IMG/VR virus record: IMGVR_UViG_3300033816_000195
Coordinates: 9,499 to 73,498 of that record
Source of the DNA: a virus
Strand: one strand, 5' to 3'
Length of the DNA: 64,000 nucleotides
The first letter of the stretch is position 1. Each line of letters begins with the position of its first letter. Shown here one piece after another: positions 40,181 to 49,921 of this stretch. Both the position numbers and the translations under genes were made by a program. The notes under the pieces are model-generated. The model saw only the letters and a list, made by a program, of their open reading frames with translations. It had not been told where the DNA came from and did not search any database.

Positions 40181-41587
40181 TTATTTTATTCTTTGTACTG
40201 AAAATCTTATTACATCTCCTGTTTCAGATAAGTAATCATAATTTGTAAGATTAATTACCTTTAAACATATTTGTGTTCCTGTTGTAAGTTTTCTAGTAAA
40301 AGATCCATTTATTGATGAATGTTTTTGTGTAACTACTGGAGAGTTATTATTTACACAATAAAACTGACAACCAGTTGGACTCATGATTCCTGCTGTAATC
40401 ATTCCTGGGACACCAGCATCATACCAACCGGTACCTACATCTTTTGTAAGATGAGCAAAAAATGATATTTGATATACACCATCTGTAGGAACTGTAAATA
40501 TACCAGTTGTACTGTCATATGCTGCACCAAAGTCATTGTATTCTGCAGAACTCATTATTTGTATACTTCCATCACATAATCTACCTGTATTTAATCCAGG
40601 TGCGGTTTTTAGTATATTAGCTGGAGGACTTAGAAAAACACTAAGACCTGGTTTTTCAGTTTCAGCTACTTCATATGTAGTTACTGTACCTACAGTAGAT
40701 GCTGTTACAGTTATCCAATCACCAGCAGTTACTACTGAAGTTGGTGCAACATAACTAGTAAAGCCGTTATAAAGATCACATACAACTAACCATAAATTAT
40801 TAATAGCTCCGGCAGCTGTATCTACACTTAATGAAGATACCCATCCTGCAAGAGAGCCGTAAGTTACAGCTGGGTTACTTAATGTAGCATCTCCATCTGC
40901 AATGCATTGGGATGTAACTGCACTAATTATATCTGCTGGTAATCCAGTTGCATTTATTAATGCACAATAACCATTTGTATCATCATTTATTAAAGCAGTA
41001 AGAACAGCATCAATCTGATATGTTCCACCTGCAGTTATTGTTGCACTTAAATTACAATCAACTAATATAGAAGGTAATGTATATGTAGGTAAGTTGTCTA
41101 TCTGATTTTGAATATCTATAATAGATATCTCTACATTATCTATTCTATTATTTATGTTTGCAATTTCTGTTATAAGACCACATATTTTATTTGCTATTGC
41201 CTGTACATAATCTAATAATTGCATAGTAGTTTGAGTACCTACAACAAAACAAGGAGCTACTGAAACTACACAATCAGGACAACCTGAAGTTGCTCCATCT
41301 GTTCTTGATGGTAAATTTTCTATAGAACAAATTTGATCAATTAGAAATTGAATAAGTGCTTGAAAATCTTGAGGACCACACGCATTTATATTAAAACAAG
41401 TAAGGTCATAATTATCTACTTTTAAAGTATCTAATACTGTACAAAGTTCAGTAGCAATTTTATATACTACATCAGATACAGTATCTCCTGTACATAATTT
41501 AATACAAGGAATATCAGGACCCTGCCAAATTACACAATTACTTGAAATTGGACTACAAGGTTTATTATCTAAATTTAATGGTTTCAT
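40181..41587 (-). CDS. Fibre/spike-like protein: Cys-rich N-terminus, short coiled coil, C-terminal C1q-like domain
   Basis: Heptads IANINNRIDNVEISIIDIQNQIDNL; YDSTTGIFTVPTDGVYQISF matches the C1q/TNF-like signature F.(V/A)P..G.Y. Confidence 0.65.
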   Translation of the reverse strand: MKPLNLDNKPCSPISSNCVIWQGPDIPCIKLCTGDTVSDVVYKIATELCTVLDTLKVDNYDLTCFNINACGPQDFQALIQFLIDQICSIENLPSRTDGATSGCPDCVVSVAPCFVVGTQTTMQLLDYVQAIANKICGLITEIANINNRIDNVEISIIDIQNQIDNLPTYTLPSILVDCNLSATITAGGTYQIDAVLTALINDDTNGYCALINATGLPADIISAVTSQCIADGDATLSNPAVTYGSLAGWVSSLSVDTAAGAINNLWLVVCDLYNGFTSYVAPTSVVTAGDWITVTASTVGTVTTYEVAETEKPGLSVFLSPPANILKTAPGLNTGRLCDGSIQIMSSAEYNDFGAAYDSTTGIFTVPTDGVYQISFFAHLTKDVGTGWYDAGVPGMITAGIMSPTGCQFYCVNNNSPVVTQKHSSINGSFTRKLTTGTQICLKVINLTNYDYLSETGDVIRFSVQRIK

Positions 41588-41602
41588 ATTGTTCTTATTA
41601 TA

Positions 41603-41614
41603 TAATATACAAAA
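41603..41614 (-). promoter_or_regulatory. Candidate late promoter element (TTTTGTATATTA)
   Basis: 12/12 identical to the 54776 copy, in a 32-nt intergenic gap. Confidence 0.5.
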
Positions 41615-41619
41615 TATAA

Positions 41620-43977
41620 TTAAGAATTACAAGTCTTACTTGTAGTACATCCGCAATCAGGTACTGGACAACCACATGATGATGGTTTACATACATAATT
41701 AGGATCTACTAAAGCTTGTAAATCTATCAGTTCTTTTTTAATTAGCCATTTATCATCTTCTTCCGGACAACAATTACTTATTCCATATCTAAGAGTCATT
41801 ACTTGTTTATATAATATCTCAGATGCTTTACAAGTTATTTTCTCATATTTATCAGTACTACATACTGGAGTTTTATAACCTGGTTTAACTTTTCTTATAG
41901 GATAATTTTTTGGACAGTCCCATTGAAATTTTATAGTCTCAGTACAATTACCAAAGTATTCTATATTATCTGTAGGGTATGTTGTAAGCCAAACAAATAA
42001 ACATAATTTACCTGAAGACTCTCCGGGTTGTAAAGTAATCTGTTTTTCTACACTATTACAGTCTATATAGTCGTATACATGCTCTACTGTATCATAGTTT
42101 TTTATTCTGCTACATACACATGCATAATTTTCAGTACAAGCATCACAAGTTATATATTGTTCTACAACAGTTATATTTTCTATTGTATCTGGTTCTCTTG
42201 TTTCTTCAATAGTAAAACAAGAGTCACAGTTTTCTATTTTTATGATTGCACCACTATATCCTGATAAATCTGTAGTAGTATAAATAACATTATTAGGGTT
42301 AAGACAATCTATAAGTTTATAGATAATACTAGTGCATATGCTACAATTATCAAATGAATAATCTGGAACAATAGGTATATCTGTAGGAGGTTGATAGTTT
42401 ATTAATTCAACTGTATAACATCCGCAGTTAAATTCTATTGTTTTACCAACATATAAAGATAAATCAGATGTAGTATAAATAATAGGTAATGTTTCATCAC
42501 AACCTGTTAGTTTATAAGCTGTTACTCCTAAACATGTAGGGCAGTCACTAAAATATGTGAGTACTGTTACATTTATTGGACACTCACATTCTTCAGGTTG
42601 ATTAATATCTATTTGCCAGCATCCTTCATTATTAAGTAAAGTAACTACTTGGTTAAGATTATAATAAGATGATAAATCTGTTATTGTATTAATTACTTCT
42701 CCTGTTTCACAATTAGTTAGTTTATAACATATTGTTGGACACTCTCCATCAATACAATCTAATCCTTCAATTACTTGATATTGACCTGGAGTACCTGTTA
42801 CAAAAGGATAAACAAATGAACAAAACTTTGTTTGTGTTGCATCTTTAATAACTTCTCCTTCACAGTTTATATATAGTAAAGTAGAAACTTGTCCTGTTAT
42901 TTCAAAACATCTACAGTCACATGGTTCTGGTGGAGTAAGATCTACTGTTATATCTTCTACAGCATTATTACAATTTCCATTATTTGGAATTACAAACCAA
43001 GTTCCTACAATAGGTCCGCTAGGATTTGATACTGAAACAAATGTTCCAACATAAGCTGACATATTTGCTGTAGTATTAAAATATGTTCCATCACAATTAT
43101 AAAGTGTATAACACTTCTTTTTACAAGATGGACATTCTAATGTATAATCAGCACAGTTAGTATTAGTATTTGATTTAGTATCAAATGTAACATTTTCTAT
43201 AAATGCCGGAGCTTCTGGTAATGCAGCATACTCAGCAATATCATTTATTGGAGCAATACCTACATCATATAATGTAAGACTATAACAAGTATTTTCTAAA
43301 CCATTTACTGGTGTACCTAAGTATTCATATACACCATTTGTATAACTACTAAGACTATTAGGTCTAAAGTATAAAATTGTATTTTCATCACAACAAGAAG
43401 TAAATGCCAAGTATTGTTCAGTTACAGAACAAGATGGACAATTAGGTGAGTTTACACAATCCGGTCCTTCATATGTAAAATCTTTAAAATCAGGACCAGC
43501 TGTTGTTACTGAATTACCTACAAAACTAATACTATAACAGCTACCTGGTTCAAATATAAAATCTCCTATAGTAAAAGGGGTTAATCCATCATATGAGTAA
43601 ACACCATCTATTGTAAATTCTGTATCTAAATTTAAAGTAATTACATTTGCTGAGTCACAACAATTATATACTTCAAATGCATTTGGTGCTAAAGAATCAC
43701 ATTCAGCACATCCTGGAAAAGTACATTGTTTTTCTGCATCTGTATATGTTGCAGGAGTAGGTGTTTGTGGATAAAAAGCTAATGTAGTTCCTTGATATTC
43801 TATATCATAACAAAAACCTGAAGTAAATAGTATTCCATTAACTACAGCAGTAGGACCATTATATACCCAAATACCTTCATAGTTTGCAACTGCATCAGGT
43901 ATGTTAAAATATGGAGTAATTGCTTCTCCTAAATCAGGGCAGCAAGGTACAATAGTAAAGTAAGGAATACCAGCCAT
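41620..43977 (-). CDS. Cys-rich repeat structural protein (tail fibre/hub-like)
   Basis: 785 aa, about 60 Cys by hand count; repeats of YKL..C......YTT.DLS.Y.G...C...C..C. Confidence 0.6.
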   Translation of the reverse strand: MAGIPYFTIVPCCPDLGEAITPYFNIPDAVANYEGIWVYNGPTAVVNGILFTSGFCYDIEYQGTTLAFYPQTPTPATYTDAEKQCTFPGCAECDSLAPNAFEVYNCCDSANVITLNLDTEFTIDGVYSYDGLTPFTIGDFIFEPGSCYSISFVGNSVTTAGPDFKDFTYEGPDCVNSPNCPSCSVTEQYLAFTSCCDENTILYFRPNSLSSYTNGVYEYLGTPVNGLENTCYSLTLYDVGIAPINDIAEYAALPEAPAFIENVTFDTKSNTNTNCADYTLECPSCKKKCYTLYNCDGTYFNTTANMSAYVGTFVSVSNPSGPIVGTWFVIPNNGNCNNAVEDITVDLTPPEPCDCRCFEITGQVSTLLYINCEGEVIKDATQTKFCSFVYPFVTGTPGQYQVIEGLDCIDGECPTICYKLTNCETGEVINTITDLSSYYNLNQVVTLLNNEGCWQIDINQPEECECPINVTVLTYFSDCPTCLGVTAYKLTGCDETLPIIYTTSDLSLYVGKTIEFNCGCYTVELINYQPPTDIPIVPDYSFDNCSICTSIIYKLIDCLNPNNVIYTTTDLSGYSGAIIKIENCDSCFTIEETREPDTIENITVVEQYITCDACTENYACVCSRIKNYDTVEHVYDYIDCNSVEKQITLQPGESSGKLCLFVWLTTYPTDNIEYFGNCTETIKFQWDCPKNYPIRKVKPGYKTPVCSTDKYEKITCKASEILYKQVMTLRYGISNCCPEEDDKWLIKKELIDLQALVDPNYVCKPSSCGCPVPDCGCTTSKTCNS

Positions 43978-43978
43978 T

Positions 43979-44176
43979 TTATCTATTTATAAATTTTTTT
44001 AAGTCATGATATCCATTTGCACCTGTTGGTGCTGTTCTAGATCTCACAGTATTTTTAGTTGAAGTAGTAGATGGTGCCTTACCAGCACAATTAACACACC
44101 CTATACTTCCATTAGATAAGGTTCTCTTTTGACAACCACATCCAAGAGTAGCTCCGCAATTTGCACATTTAGCCAT
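43979..44176 (-). CDS. Small Zn-finger-like basic protein
   Basis: CANC...GCGC...CVNC within 65 aa. Confidence 0.6.
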   Translation of the reverse strand: MAKCANCGATLGCGCQKRTLSNGSIGCVNCAGKAPSTTSTKNTVRSRTAPTGANGYHDLKKFINR

Positions 44177-44197
44177 AATTTGTTGGTTTTTAAATAA

Positions 44198-44758
44198 TTA
44201 ACAATTAGTACAACTTAATTTATTTAGTAACTTCAGTGCATAGTTATAAAGACTCATACCTTTTTGAGGCTCATGACAGTACTCTACTTTTGCTACTGCA
44301 GCATCTAAATACATTTTAATTAATCTTAATTCTTCTAATCTTTGTTTAATTTTAAATGGAGGATCACAGGCATTTACATCAACATCACAAAGAATATTGT
44401 AATATTTATTTAAAGCTTCTGTAATTCTCATATGGTTATATTCTACATAAACTATTTCATTAGGTGATACACTATACTTAATAATGTATATTCCATCTGG
44501 TAAGTTTACATACTCACTTCCACAATTTGTAGATTGCAATTGTAAATCACAAGCAGTTAATGTTAACTGACTTGTATTTATAAAATCATCCATAATACTT
44601 CCTGTAATTTCATTAGAATAACTAAATCCAGGTACTGTTATATTTAAAGTTGGACAAGTTACAGGTAATAAAATATTATAAACACTTGTATCAAATAACT
44701 TTAAAATACAAGGATTCATTACCAAAGGAACCTCTAAACTTAATACGTGATTTGCCAT
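44198..44758 (-). CDS. Putative tail hub / structural protein
   Basis: 186 aa with LPDGIYIIKYSV motif and helical C-terminus, inside the structural module. Confidence 0.5.
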   Translation of the reverse strand: MANHVLSLEVPLVMNPCILKLFDTSVYNILLPVTCPTLNITVPGFSYSNEITGSIMDDFINTSQLTLTACDLQLQSTNCGSEYVNLPDGIYIIKYSVSPNEIVYVEYNHMRITEALNKYYNILCDVDVNACDPPFKIKQRLEELRLIKMYLDAAVAKVEYCHEPQKGMSLYNYALKLLNKLSCTNC

Positions 44759-44771
44759 AATATTTTATTAT

Positions 44772-44807
44772 AAAAAAAGGGGAGGAGTTTGAAACTCTGC
44801 TCCCCTT
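44772..44807 (-). terminator. Rho-independent terminator
   Basis: aaggggag-gagttt / aaactc-tg-ctcccctt hairpin followed by a T7 run on the minus strand. Confidence 0.85.
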
Positions 44808-44833
44808 ATATTAATAATTACTGTAATTCTAAT

Positions 44834-46549
44834 TTAGAATTTAACGTCTCCTTTACGTTTTGATACAATAGGTAATGGAGGAAACTGAATTGGAACATCA
44901 CAAAATGTTTCACAACCATAACCTTCTAATTGACATACACCACAATTACTTAACCAGTTATTAATTAGTTCTATTGCATAACTATAACCACTACCAAGAG
45001 TCGTCGGGAAAATAAGTTGTAGCAAGTACTGATCATTATCAAATACTCCTGTAGGATTATTAAATCTTGGAACATTATGTTGTAAGTATAATGCATTGTA
45101 TAATGCAGATCTATTAATTGCAGTTACCAATTGGTTTCCTTGAGTAATCTCACGGATACGTAGATCTGTTGCTAAGAAGTTTTGTCTGTAAGACTCAGAA
45201 AGAATTAAATCTCTCAACATAGTCTCACCTAAACCATTAGCTTGAGTTGCTAAACACTCATGAACTACACAGATACCATCAAATGTACATGGATCACCAT
45301 TATAGTCTACTTCAGATAAATAAAGTTTAACCGGTTCTTTTTCATAGAAGTCAGTTAATTGGAATGTACAATCACCAAATTTAGTATCTACATAAGCACC
45401 TGCAATAATTAAACCTGCACATGCACCATCTACGTGAGCAACTCCCGCAGGATAGTTATCCCAAGTATCACCACCTAATGTTGCTAAATCTGCTGCAGAA
45501 GTTCCTGGAGCATACCAAAGAACACCAGCCTCATCTTGTACAACAATTCTTACAAAAGGATTTACTATAGGTGAATTAATAATAGCATCTGCCCATTTGA
45601 TAAACACTTCTGTTGAGTTAACTGCAACAGGTGCAATTGAACCTTCTGGACAACATCCTGTATATGCATCTACAGTTAAGTAAGCATTGTGATTTAAGTA
45701 ACGTAATGCAGGGGAACCTTTAATATCTAAACGTAATGAATATGTTTCACCACATAAAAATTCTTTACAGCATGCAGTACCACCAGCTCCTGTAATAGGA
45801 TCAAATCCTGTTGCAGTAATATTAGTAACTGTAATTTCAAAAGTACCTGATGTATCTCCAGGAATAGTAAGTGCATCACCTACAGTATATCCTTTACCAA
45901 TACCTGTACCATTTGTAAAAATATTAATACTTGTTACTTGACCAGAACCATTTGTAGTAACTAAAACAGTTGCACCAGTTCCTGTTCCACCATCAAGTTG
46001 AATTGGAAAATCTACAAGATTAGCTGCAAGACCTGTAGCTGGACCACCTGTAGAACTAAAACTAGCTATTCCTCCTACAGGAACAGTAGCACCAGCACCA
46101 AATGTATAATATGTAGAACCTACGTGTACTATTTCATTTTGTGGTTCACATGCATCAACAGAATAAAATCTTGATACATATTTAGGATTAATAACTTTAG
46201 ACTTGTTAGTTTCAGTATAACCTCCTGCAAAAGGACCAATTTTGTCATTATTGTATATTGCAGAACCTGCAATAAATACATTACAACAAGACTTTAGATC
46301 ATTCTCACTAGCTGATAGTTGTGAACCTGAATTAAAGATTCCAACATAACCAGATTGATATGTACTATAATTTGTTTCTGCAAGCGCAGATAAAGAATTA
46401 AGTACATAAGTTGGTAATCCACTAGTCTCTAATACACCTCCTTGGGTAACAGCAGTAGTTACTGTCCCGTCTAATAAAGTAACTGATGTAGATTGACTTT
46501 CACCAGTTGCTAAAAACGTTTTTCTAAACGCATGATTAAAATAAGCCAT
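44834..46549 (-). CDS. Virion structural protein (auxiliary capsid-like) with Gly/Thr-rich inserted domain
   Basis: 571 aa. Has its own promoter-like element and a strong terminator, suggesting high expression. Insert GGTGTGATV...VTSINI...GKGYTVGDALTI. Confidence 0.55.
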   Translation of the reverse strand: MAYFNHAFRKTFLATGESQSTSVTLLDGTVTTAVTQGGVLETSGLPTYVLNSLSALAETNYSTYQSGYVGIFNSGSQLSASENDLKSCCNVFIAGSAIYNNDKIGPFAGGYTETNKSKVINPKYVSRFYSVDACEPQNEIVHVGSTYYTFGAGATVPVGGIASFSSTGGPATGLAANLVDFPIQLDGGTGTGATVLVTTNGSGQVTSINIFTNGTGIGKGYTVGDALTIPGDTSGTFEITVTNITATGFDPITGAGGTACCKEFLCGETYSLRLDIKGSPALRYLNHNAYLTVDAYTGCCPEGSIAPVAVNSTEVFIKWADAIINSPIVNPFVRIVVQDEAGVLWYAPGTSAADLATLGGDTWDNYPAGVAHVDGACAGLIIAGAYVDTKFGDCTFQLTDFYEKEPVKLYLSEVDYNGDPCTFDGICVVHECLATQANGLGETMLRDLILSESYRQNFLATDLRIREITQGNQLVTAINRSALYNALYLQHNVPRFNNPTGVFDNDQYLLQLIFPTTLGSGYSYAIELINNWLSNCGVCQLEGYGCETFCDVPIQFPPLPIVSKRKGDVKF

Positions 46550-46612
46550 TTTTTCTAATTTTTAATTAATAAACATAATATAATATAATAAATCTTTTTG
46601 AAATAACAAAAT

Positions 46613-47131
46613 TTATTTCAAGAAAAGTAATTTATACTTAGTAGAATTAATTGAGTCTTTAACAAGATCTAAGTTGTTTACTATCTCAGAATAAGGTAAC
46701 ATACCTTGTAATTTAGTAATCATTCCATACATATCTCTAAGATAAGCTACACCATCTGCAACAGTATCAAGTGTTCTAGGTGTAACATCTTTACAGTTTA
46801 ATATTTTTTCTGTTACTCCTTGGTAACCTTCTACAAGTGTATCTGCATGTCCAGGTAAACCATCATAGAAATCCCCAATAGCAACATGAGCAGCATAAGA
46901 TCCTTCTCCGGTTACTTTAAGATGTAATTTATGAAAACTATTTCTAGCATTCATAAGTTCCATTGCACAAGCCGCTACCATTGTATCTAGTGAACTTCCA
47001 CCTACACCAGCATCTGGAGTTGGTTGTGGTTTAGCTGGTTCTGACTTGGGTTGTGTTACAGTTACTTCCGGTCTACTTAAAGTTCTAGTAGATTCTGGAT
47101 TTCTTTTAAGTAATCTTGATTTTGTTTCCAT
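46613..47131 (-). CDS. Ferritin/Dps-like four-helix protein
   Basis: HKLHLKV.G.GSYAAHVAIGDFYD.L...ADTLVEGYQG and C-terminal KYKLLFL; Dps-like His/Asp/Glu ligand pattern. Confidence 0.7.
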   Translation of the reverse strand: METKSRLLKRNPESTRTLSRPEVTVTQPKSEPAKPQPTPDAGVGGSSLDTMVAACAMELMNARNSFHKLHLKVTGEGSYAAHVAIGDFYDGLPGHADTLVEGYQGVTEKILNCKDVTPRTLDTVADGVAYLRDMYGMITKLQGMLPYSEIVNNLDLVKDSINSTKYKLLFLK

Positions 47132-47133
47132 AT

Positions 47134-47832
47134 TTAGTTGTTACGTTCTGCAGTTTCTGTACCTCTTGAGAATTGGTTTCCTGACTCAATATCTCCAGCA
47201 AGTATACTAACTGCTTCATCTATTATTAATTCTATTATATCATCTTTAAATTCACATTGTATTTCTGTTGTAGATGCAACTCCAGTATAAGGATCTATAC
47301 AACCTTGTATTTGTATTTTAATAGGTTGTCTATAGTAAACTAAGTCTGCTTGTGAAATATCAAAATCATTATTTGTATAAATATTTACACCATTTCCTTT
47401 TAGTGTGGCAAAAGTTTCTGCCCATTCAAAGTTTGGTTGTTTAGCTTTATCTCTGAGAAGTTGATTAAGATTTCCTTCTTCTGCTAAATAAACAGTCATT
47501 CTTCTTTTATCACAACAATCTTTATTTGCAAAAACATCTACTCTTTTCCATTGTAAATAATCTCCGGGAATAGTAGTCCTATAGTAGTAGTCTTTATCTT
47601 GTAAAGAAAGTGTACTTGTAACAAGTAATGCCTGAAGATCATCTTTTCTTCTGGTAGATTGTTCATCTCCTTCTCTCACAGGATTAATCCCATGCAGCTG
47701 CCTTCTAGCCCATTCCACCTGAGCTTTATTAAAAGACTCAACTACCTGCCAGCATTCTATGTTATCATAGTCTTGACTATCAAGCTTGTTAAGCCTTTGT
47801 TTCATCTTTATGGTAATAGTACTATTGAGCAT
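47134..47832 (-). CDS. Head-tail connector / ring protein
   Basis: 232 aa. LNKLDS....N...FNKAQ, YYRQP and CEF...IIELIIDEAV patterns typical of crAss-like ring proteins. Confidence 0.65.
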   Translation of the reverse strand: MLNSTITIKMKQRLNKLDSQDYDNIECWQVVESFNKAQVEWARRQLHGINPVREGDEQSTRRKDDLQALLVTSTLSLQDKDYYYRTTIPGDYLQWKRVDVFANKDCCDKRRMTVYLAEEGNLNQLLRDKAKQPNFEWAETFATLKGNGVNIYTNNDFDISQADLVYYRQPIKIQIQGCIDPYTGVASTTEIQCEFKDDIIELIIDEAVSILAGDIESGNQFSRGTETAERNN

Positions 47833-47835
47833 GTC

Positions 47836-48213
47836 TTATTTTTTTCTTTTTATAGCTCCACCTTTTTTTTGAGAAGGTATTTGATAATTTGGATACAGCT
47901 TATTTACTGCCTCAGTTTCTGGATTTACATATTTTTTTGTTGCATCATTATATGCCTTACTTAAGTTGGCTCTTACTGCTTCTTTAGACTTTTCCCGTAA
48001 AAGATCTATATCAGGACGCATACTTCCTGCAAGTGATGCAAGTAGATTACCTGTATTTTTATAACCACCTGTAGAATCTGGTTTGTTAATCATCATGTCA
48101 TTTGTCTCAATTCCATCTTGAGCTTTTTTCAATGACTTCTTTACTACAGTTTGCCTAGCTTCATTAGCTTTTCTAAATGCTGTAATAGGGTGAACTTTAT
48201 TAGTTTTTTTCAT
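47836..48213 (-). CDS. Small basic protein
   Basis: 125 aa, Lys-rich ends, C-terminal QKKGG. Confidence 0.7.
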   Translation of the reverse strand: MKKTNKVHPITAFRKANEARQTVVKKSLKKAQDGIETNDMMINKPDSTGGYKNTGNLLASLAGSMRPDIDLLREKSKEAVRANLSKAYNDATKKYVNPETEAVNKLYPNYQIPSQKKGGAIKRKK

Positions 48214-48215
48214 GA

Positions 48216-48380
48216 TTATTTATTTTTAGCCATTTTTTTAAATGTAAGTGCTAAGGTTTTAGCTTTACCAGTACAACCAGGTTTAGTTATAGGAGTACAT
48301 TTTCCAGCAGTACCTCTACGTTTAATAGAAGCTGTAGCCTTTTGTATCCAGTTTTTATCTGACTTCTTTTTAGTTGCCAT
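48216..48380 (-). CDS. Small basic protein (54 aa, not in ORF track)
   Basis: MATKKKSDKNWIQKATASIKRRGTAGKCTPITKPGCTGKAKTLALTFKKMAKNK*; fills the gap between its neighbours with 2-nt spacers. Confidence 0.75.
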   Translation of the reverse strand: MATKKKSDKNWIQKATASIKRRGTAGKCTPITKPGCTGKAKTLALTFKKMAKNK

Positions 48381-48382
48381 GA

Positions 48383-48706
48383 CTATTTCTTTTTAACTCC
48401 ACCTTTCTTCATGTAACCCATTTTATTTCTTACAGCAGTAGGAAGTTTAGATAAACCTGTATTATCTGAAGGAACAGGTTTAAGAGATCCTCCAGATTTC
48501 TTTTTCATAATACCACCTTTTTTCATAGTATCAATACCTTGGTAATTTGGTCCTGTAGGTCCAGAGTTAGGCATACCAGCAATAAATGTTTTAGCATTTT
48601 TATCAGCTAATTTCATTCCACCCATTGCCATCTTTTTTACTTTCTTAACAGGTCCTCCAGATTTCATTTTACCACAACCCATTTTACATGTTTTCATTGC
48701 TTTCAT
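48383..48706 (-). CDS. Small Lys/Met/Gly-rich protein with five xxxGG motifs
   Basis: MKSGG, MAMGG, MKKGG, KKSGG, MKKGG, plus GLSKLPTAVRNKMGY. Confidence 0.75.
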   Translation of the reverse strand: MKAMKTCKMGCGKMKSGGPVKKVKKMAMGGMKLADKNAKTFIAGMPNSGPTGPNYQGIDTMKKGGIMKKKSGGSLKPVPSDNTGLSKLPTAVRNKMGYMKKGGVKKK

Positions 48707-48708
48707 AA

Positions 48709-49116
48709 TTATTTCTTTTTAGATTTTAAAACAGTTTTTTTAGTTGGTTTAGATTTTATATAACCACCTTTTTTAAAAGGTGTGGTAGATTCTTTTACAG
48801 GCTTTTTTCCAGCAGCAGCTACTTTTTCATCTTGTTGCTTAATATATTTTTCCCTAGCATCTTTTCTTTTCATACCAGGATTTGCTTTTTTAATATCAGT
48901 TACTTCTTTACGTCTTTTAATAGTATCAGCTGTCATTTTACCTATAACACCTGCTGCACCAGTAACAGCTGTTGTAAGACCTGCAACAACACCTGGACAT
49001 GGTTCACAACCTTGTCTTTCACCACCTACATATTTAGGACATTGTCCTTTTCCACATCCTCCAAAAGATGCTCCACCGGTTTTCATTTTTTTAATTGTTT
49101 TTACAGTCTTTTTCAT
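48709..49116 (-). CDS. Small basic protein with a hydrophobic Gly/Ala segment
   Basis: 135 aa; MKTGG near the N-terminus, FKKGG near the C-terminus, central GVVAGLTTAVTGAAGVIG. Confidence 0.7.
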   Translation of the reverse strand: MKKTVKTIKKMKTGGASFGGCGKGQCPKYVGGERQGCEPCPGVVAGLTTAVTGAAGVIGKMTADTIKRRKEVTDIKKANPGMKRKDAREKYIKQQDEKVAAAGKKPVKESTTPFKKGGYIKSKPTKKTVLKSKKK

Positions 49117-49126
49117 TTTATATAAT

Positions 49127-49486
49127 TTAACAATTCCACTTTCTTAAAGACTTATTAATCCTTGAGTTAGGATCATTAGCTGTTTTAGAGCTTGTTAGTT
49201 TTTTCTTCATTCCACTCATCCTAGCACAAAAAGATTTTCTTCTCTTAGCAGATTTACTATCCGGATCTAGTTTAGAAGGTTTAGTAGTAACAGCCATTTT
49301 AAGTTTACTTCCTGGATTCTCTCTTCTATAAGAAGCTACACCTTTAGCATTAAGACCTCCTGTCTTATTTTTTCCTTCTGACCTTGTCCAAGCTGGAGTA
49401 GAGCCACCAGATTTCATCTTAGGTTTCTTACCAGCTTTCTTCATTGAGATAGCTATTGCTGCTTGTTGTGCTCTATTTGCTGCCAT
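49127..49486 (-). CDS. Basic phage protein, DUF6321-like
   Basis: Start re-assigned to the ATG at 49486 (MAANRAQQ), just after the upstream stop at 49488. GGLNAKGVASYRRENPGSKLK...RRKSFCARM...SRINKSLRKWNC is recalled as a widespread aquatic-phage family; the DUF number is from memory. Confidence 0.65.
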   Translation of the reverse strand: MAANRAQQAAIAISMKKAGKKPKMKSGGSTPAWTRSEGKNKTGGLNAKGVASYRRENPGSKLKMAVTTKPSKLDPDSKSAKRRKSFCARMSGMKKKLTSSKTANDPNSRINKSLRKWNC

Positions 49487-49487
49487 A

Positions 49488-49775
49488 TTAATATCCTTTA
49501 CTTTTTTTACTACCTGGTTTAGCAAATCCAGAAACATGTCCTCCTAATCTTTTTTTAGGTTTAGGATAAGGGTTTTCTCTATGCCATTTTTTAGTTGCTG
49601 CTACACCTTGTTTAATAGTTTTTGCTCCTGCTTTTTTGGTTAAGTTAATTGTATCCCACTTTCCTTTGTCTTTAGTAGGATGATTAACCATAATATCACC
49701 GGGTTTACCTTTACCTATTTTATTAGTTTTTTTATAAACCCGGTGCTTTTCACCATCAGCAGTAACTCTTGCCAC
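49488..49775 (-). CDS. Small basic protein
   Basis: GTG start overlapping the upstream TAG (TAGTG); 95 aa; KRLGG near the C-terminus. Confidence 0.7.
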   Translation of the reverse strand: MARVTADGEKHRVYKKTNKIGKGKPGDIMVNHPTKDKGKWDTINLTKKAGAKTIKQGVAATKKWHRENPYPKPKKRLGGHVSGFAKPGSKKSKGY

Positions 49776-49906
49776 TATTTCTTAGTTTTAGTAGTAGTAG
49801 TTTTTGCTGTTTCTTTTTTTTCCTCTGCTTTTACATATGCAGGATTCAATATAAATTTTCCAGGTGCAGTTTCTATGTAAGCTGGAATTTCTTTTTTTGT
49901 TGCCAT
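49775..49906 (-). CDS. Small protein (43 aa, not in ORF track)
   Basis: MATKKEIPAYIETAPGKFILNPAYVKAEEKKETAKTTTTKTKK*; its stop overlaps the next start. Confidence 0.7.
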   Translation of the reverse strand: MATKKEIPAYIETAPGKFILNPAYVKAEEKKETAKTTTTKTKK

Positions 49907-49921
49907 GTTATATTAATTTAA

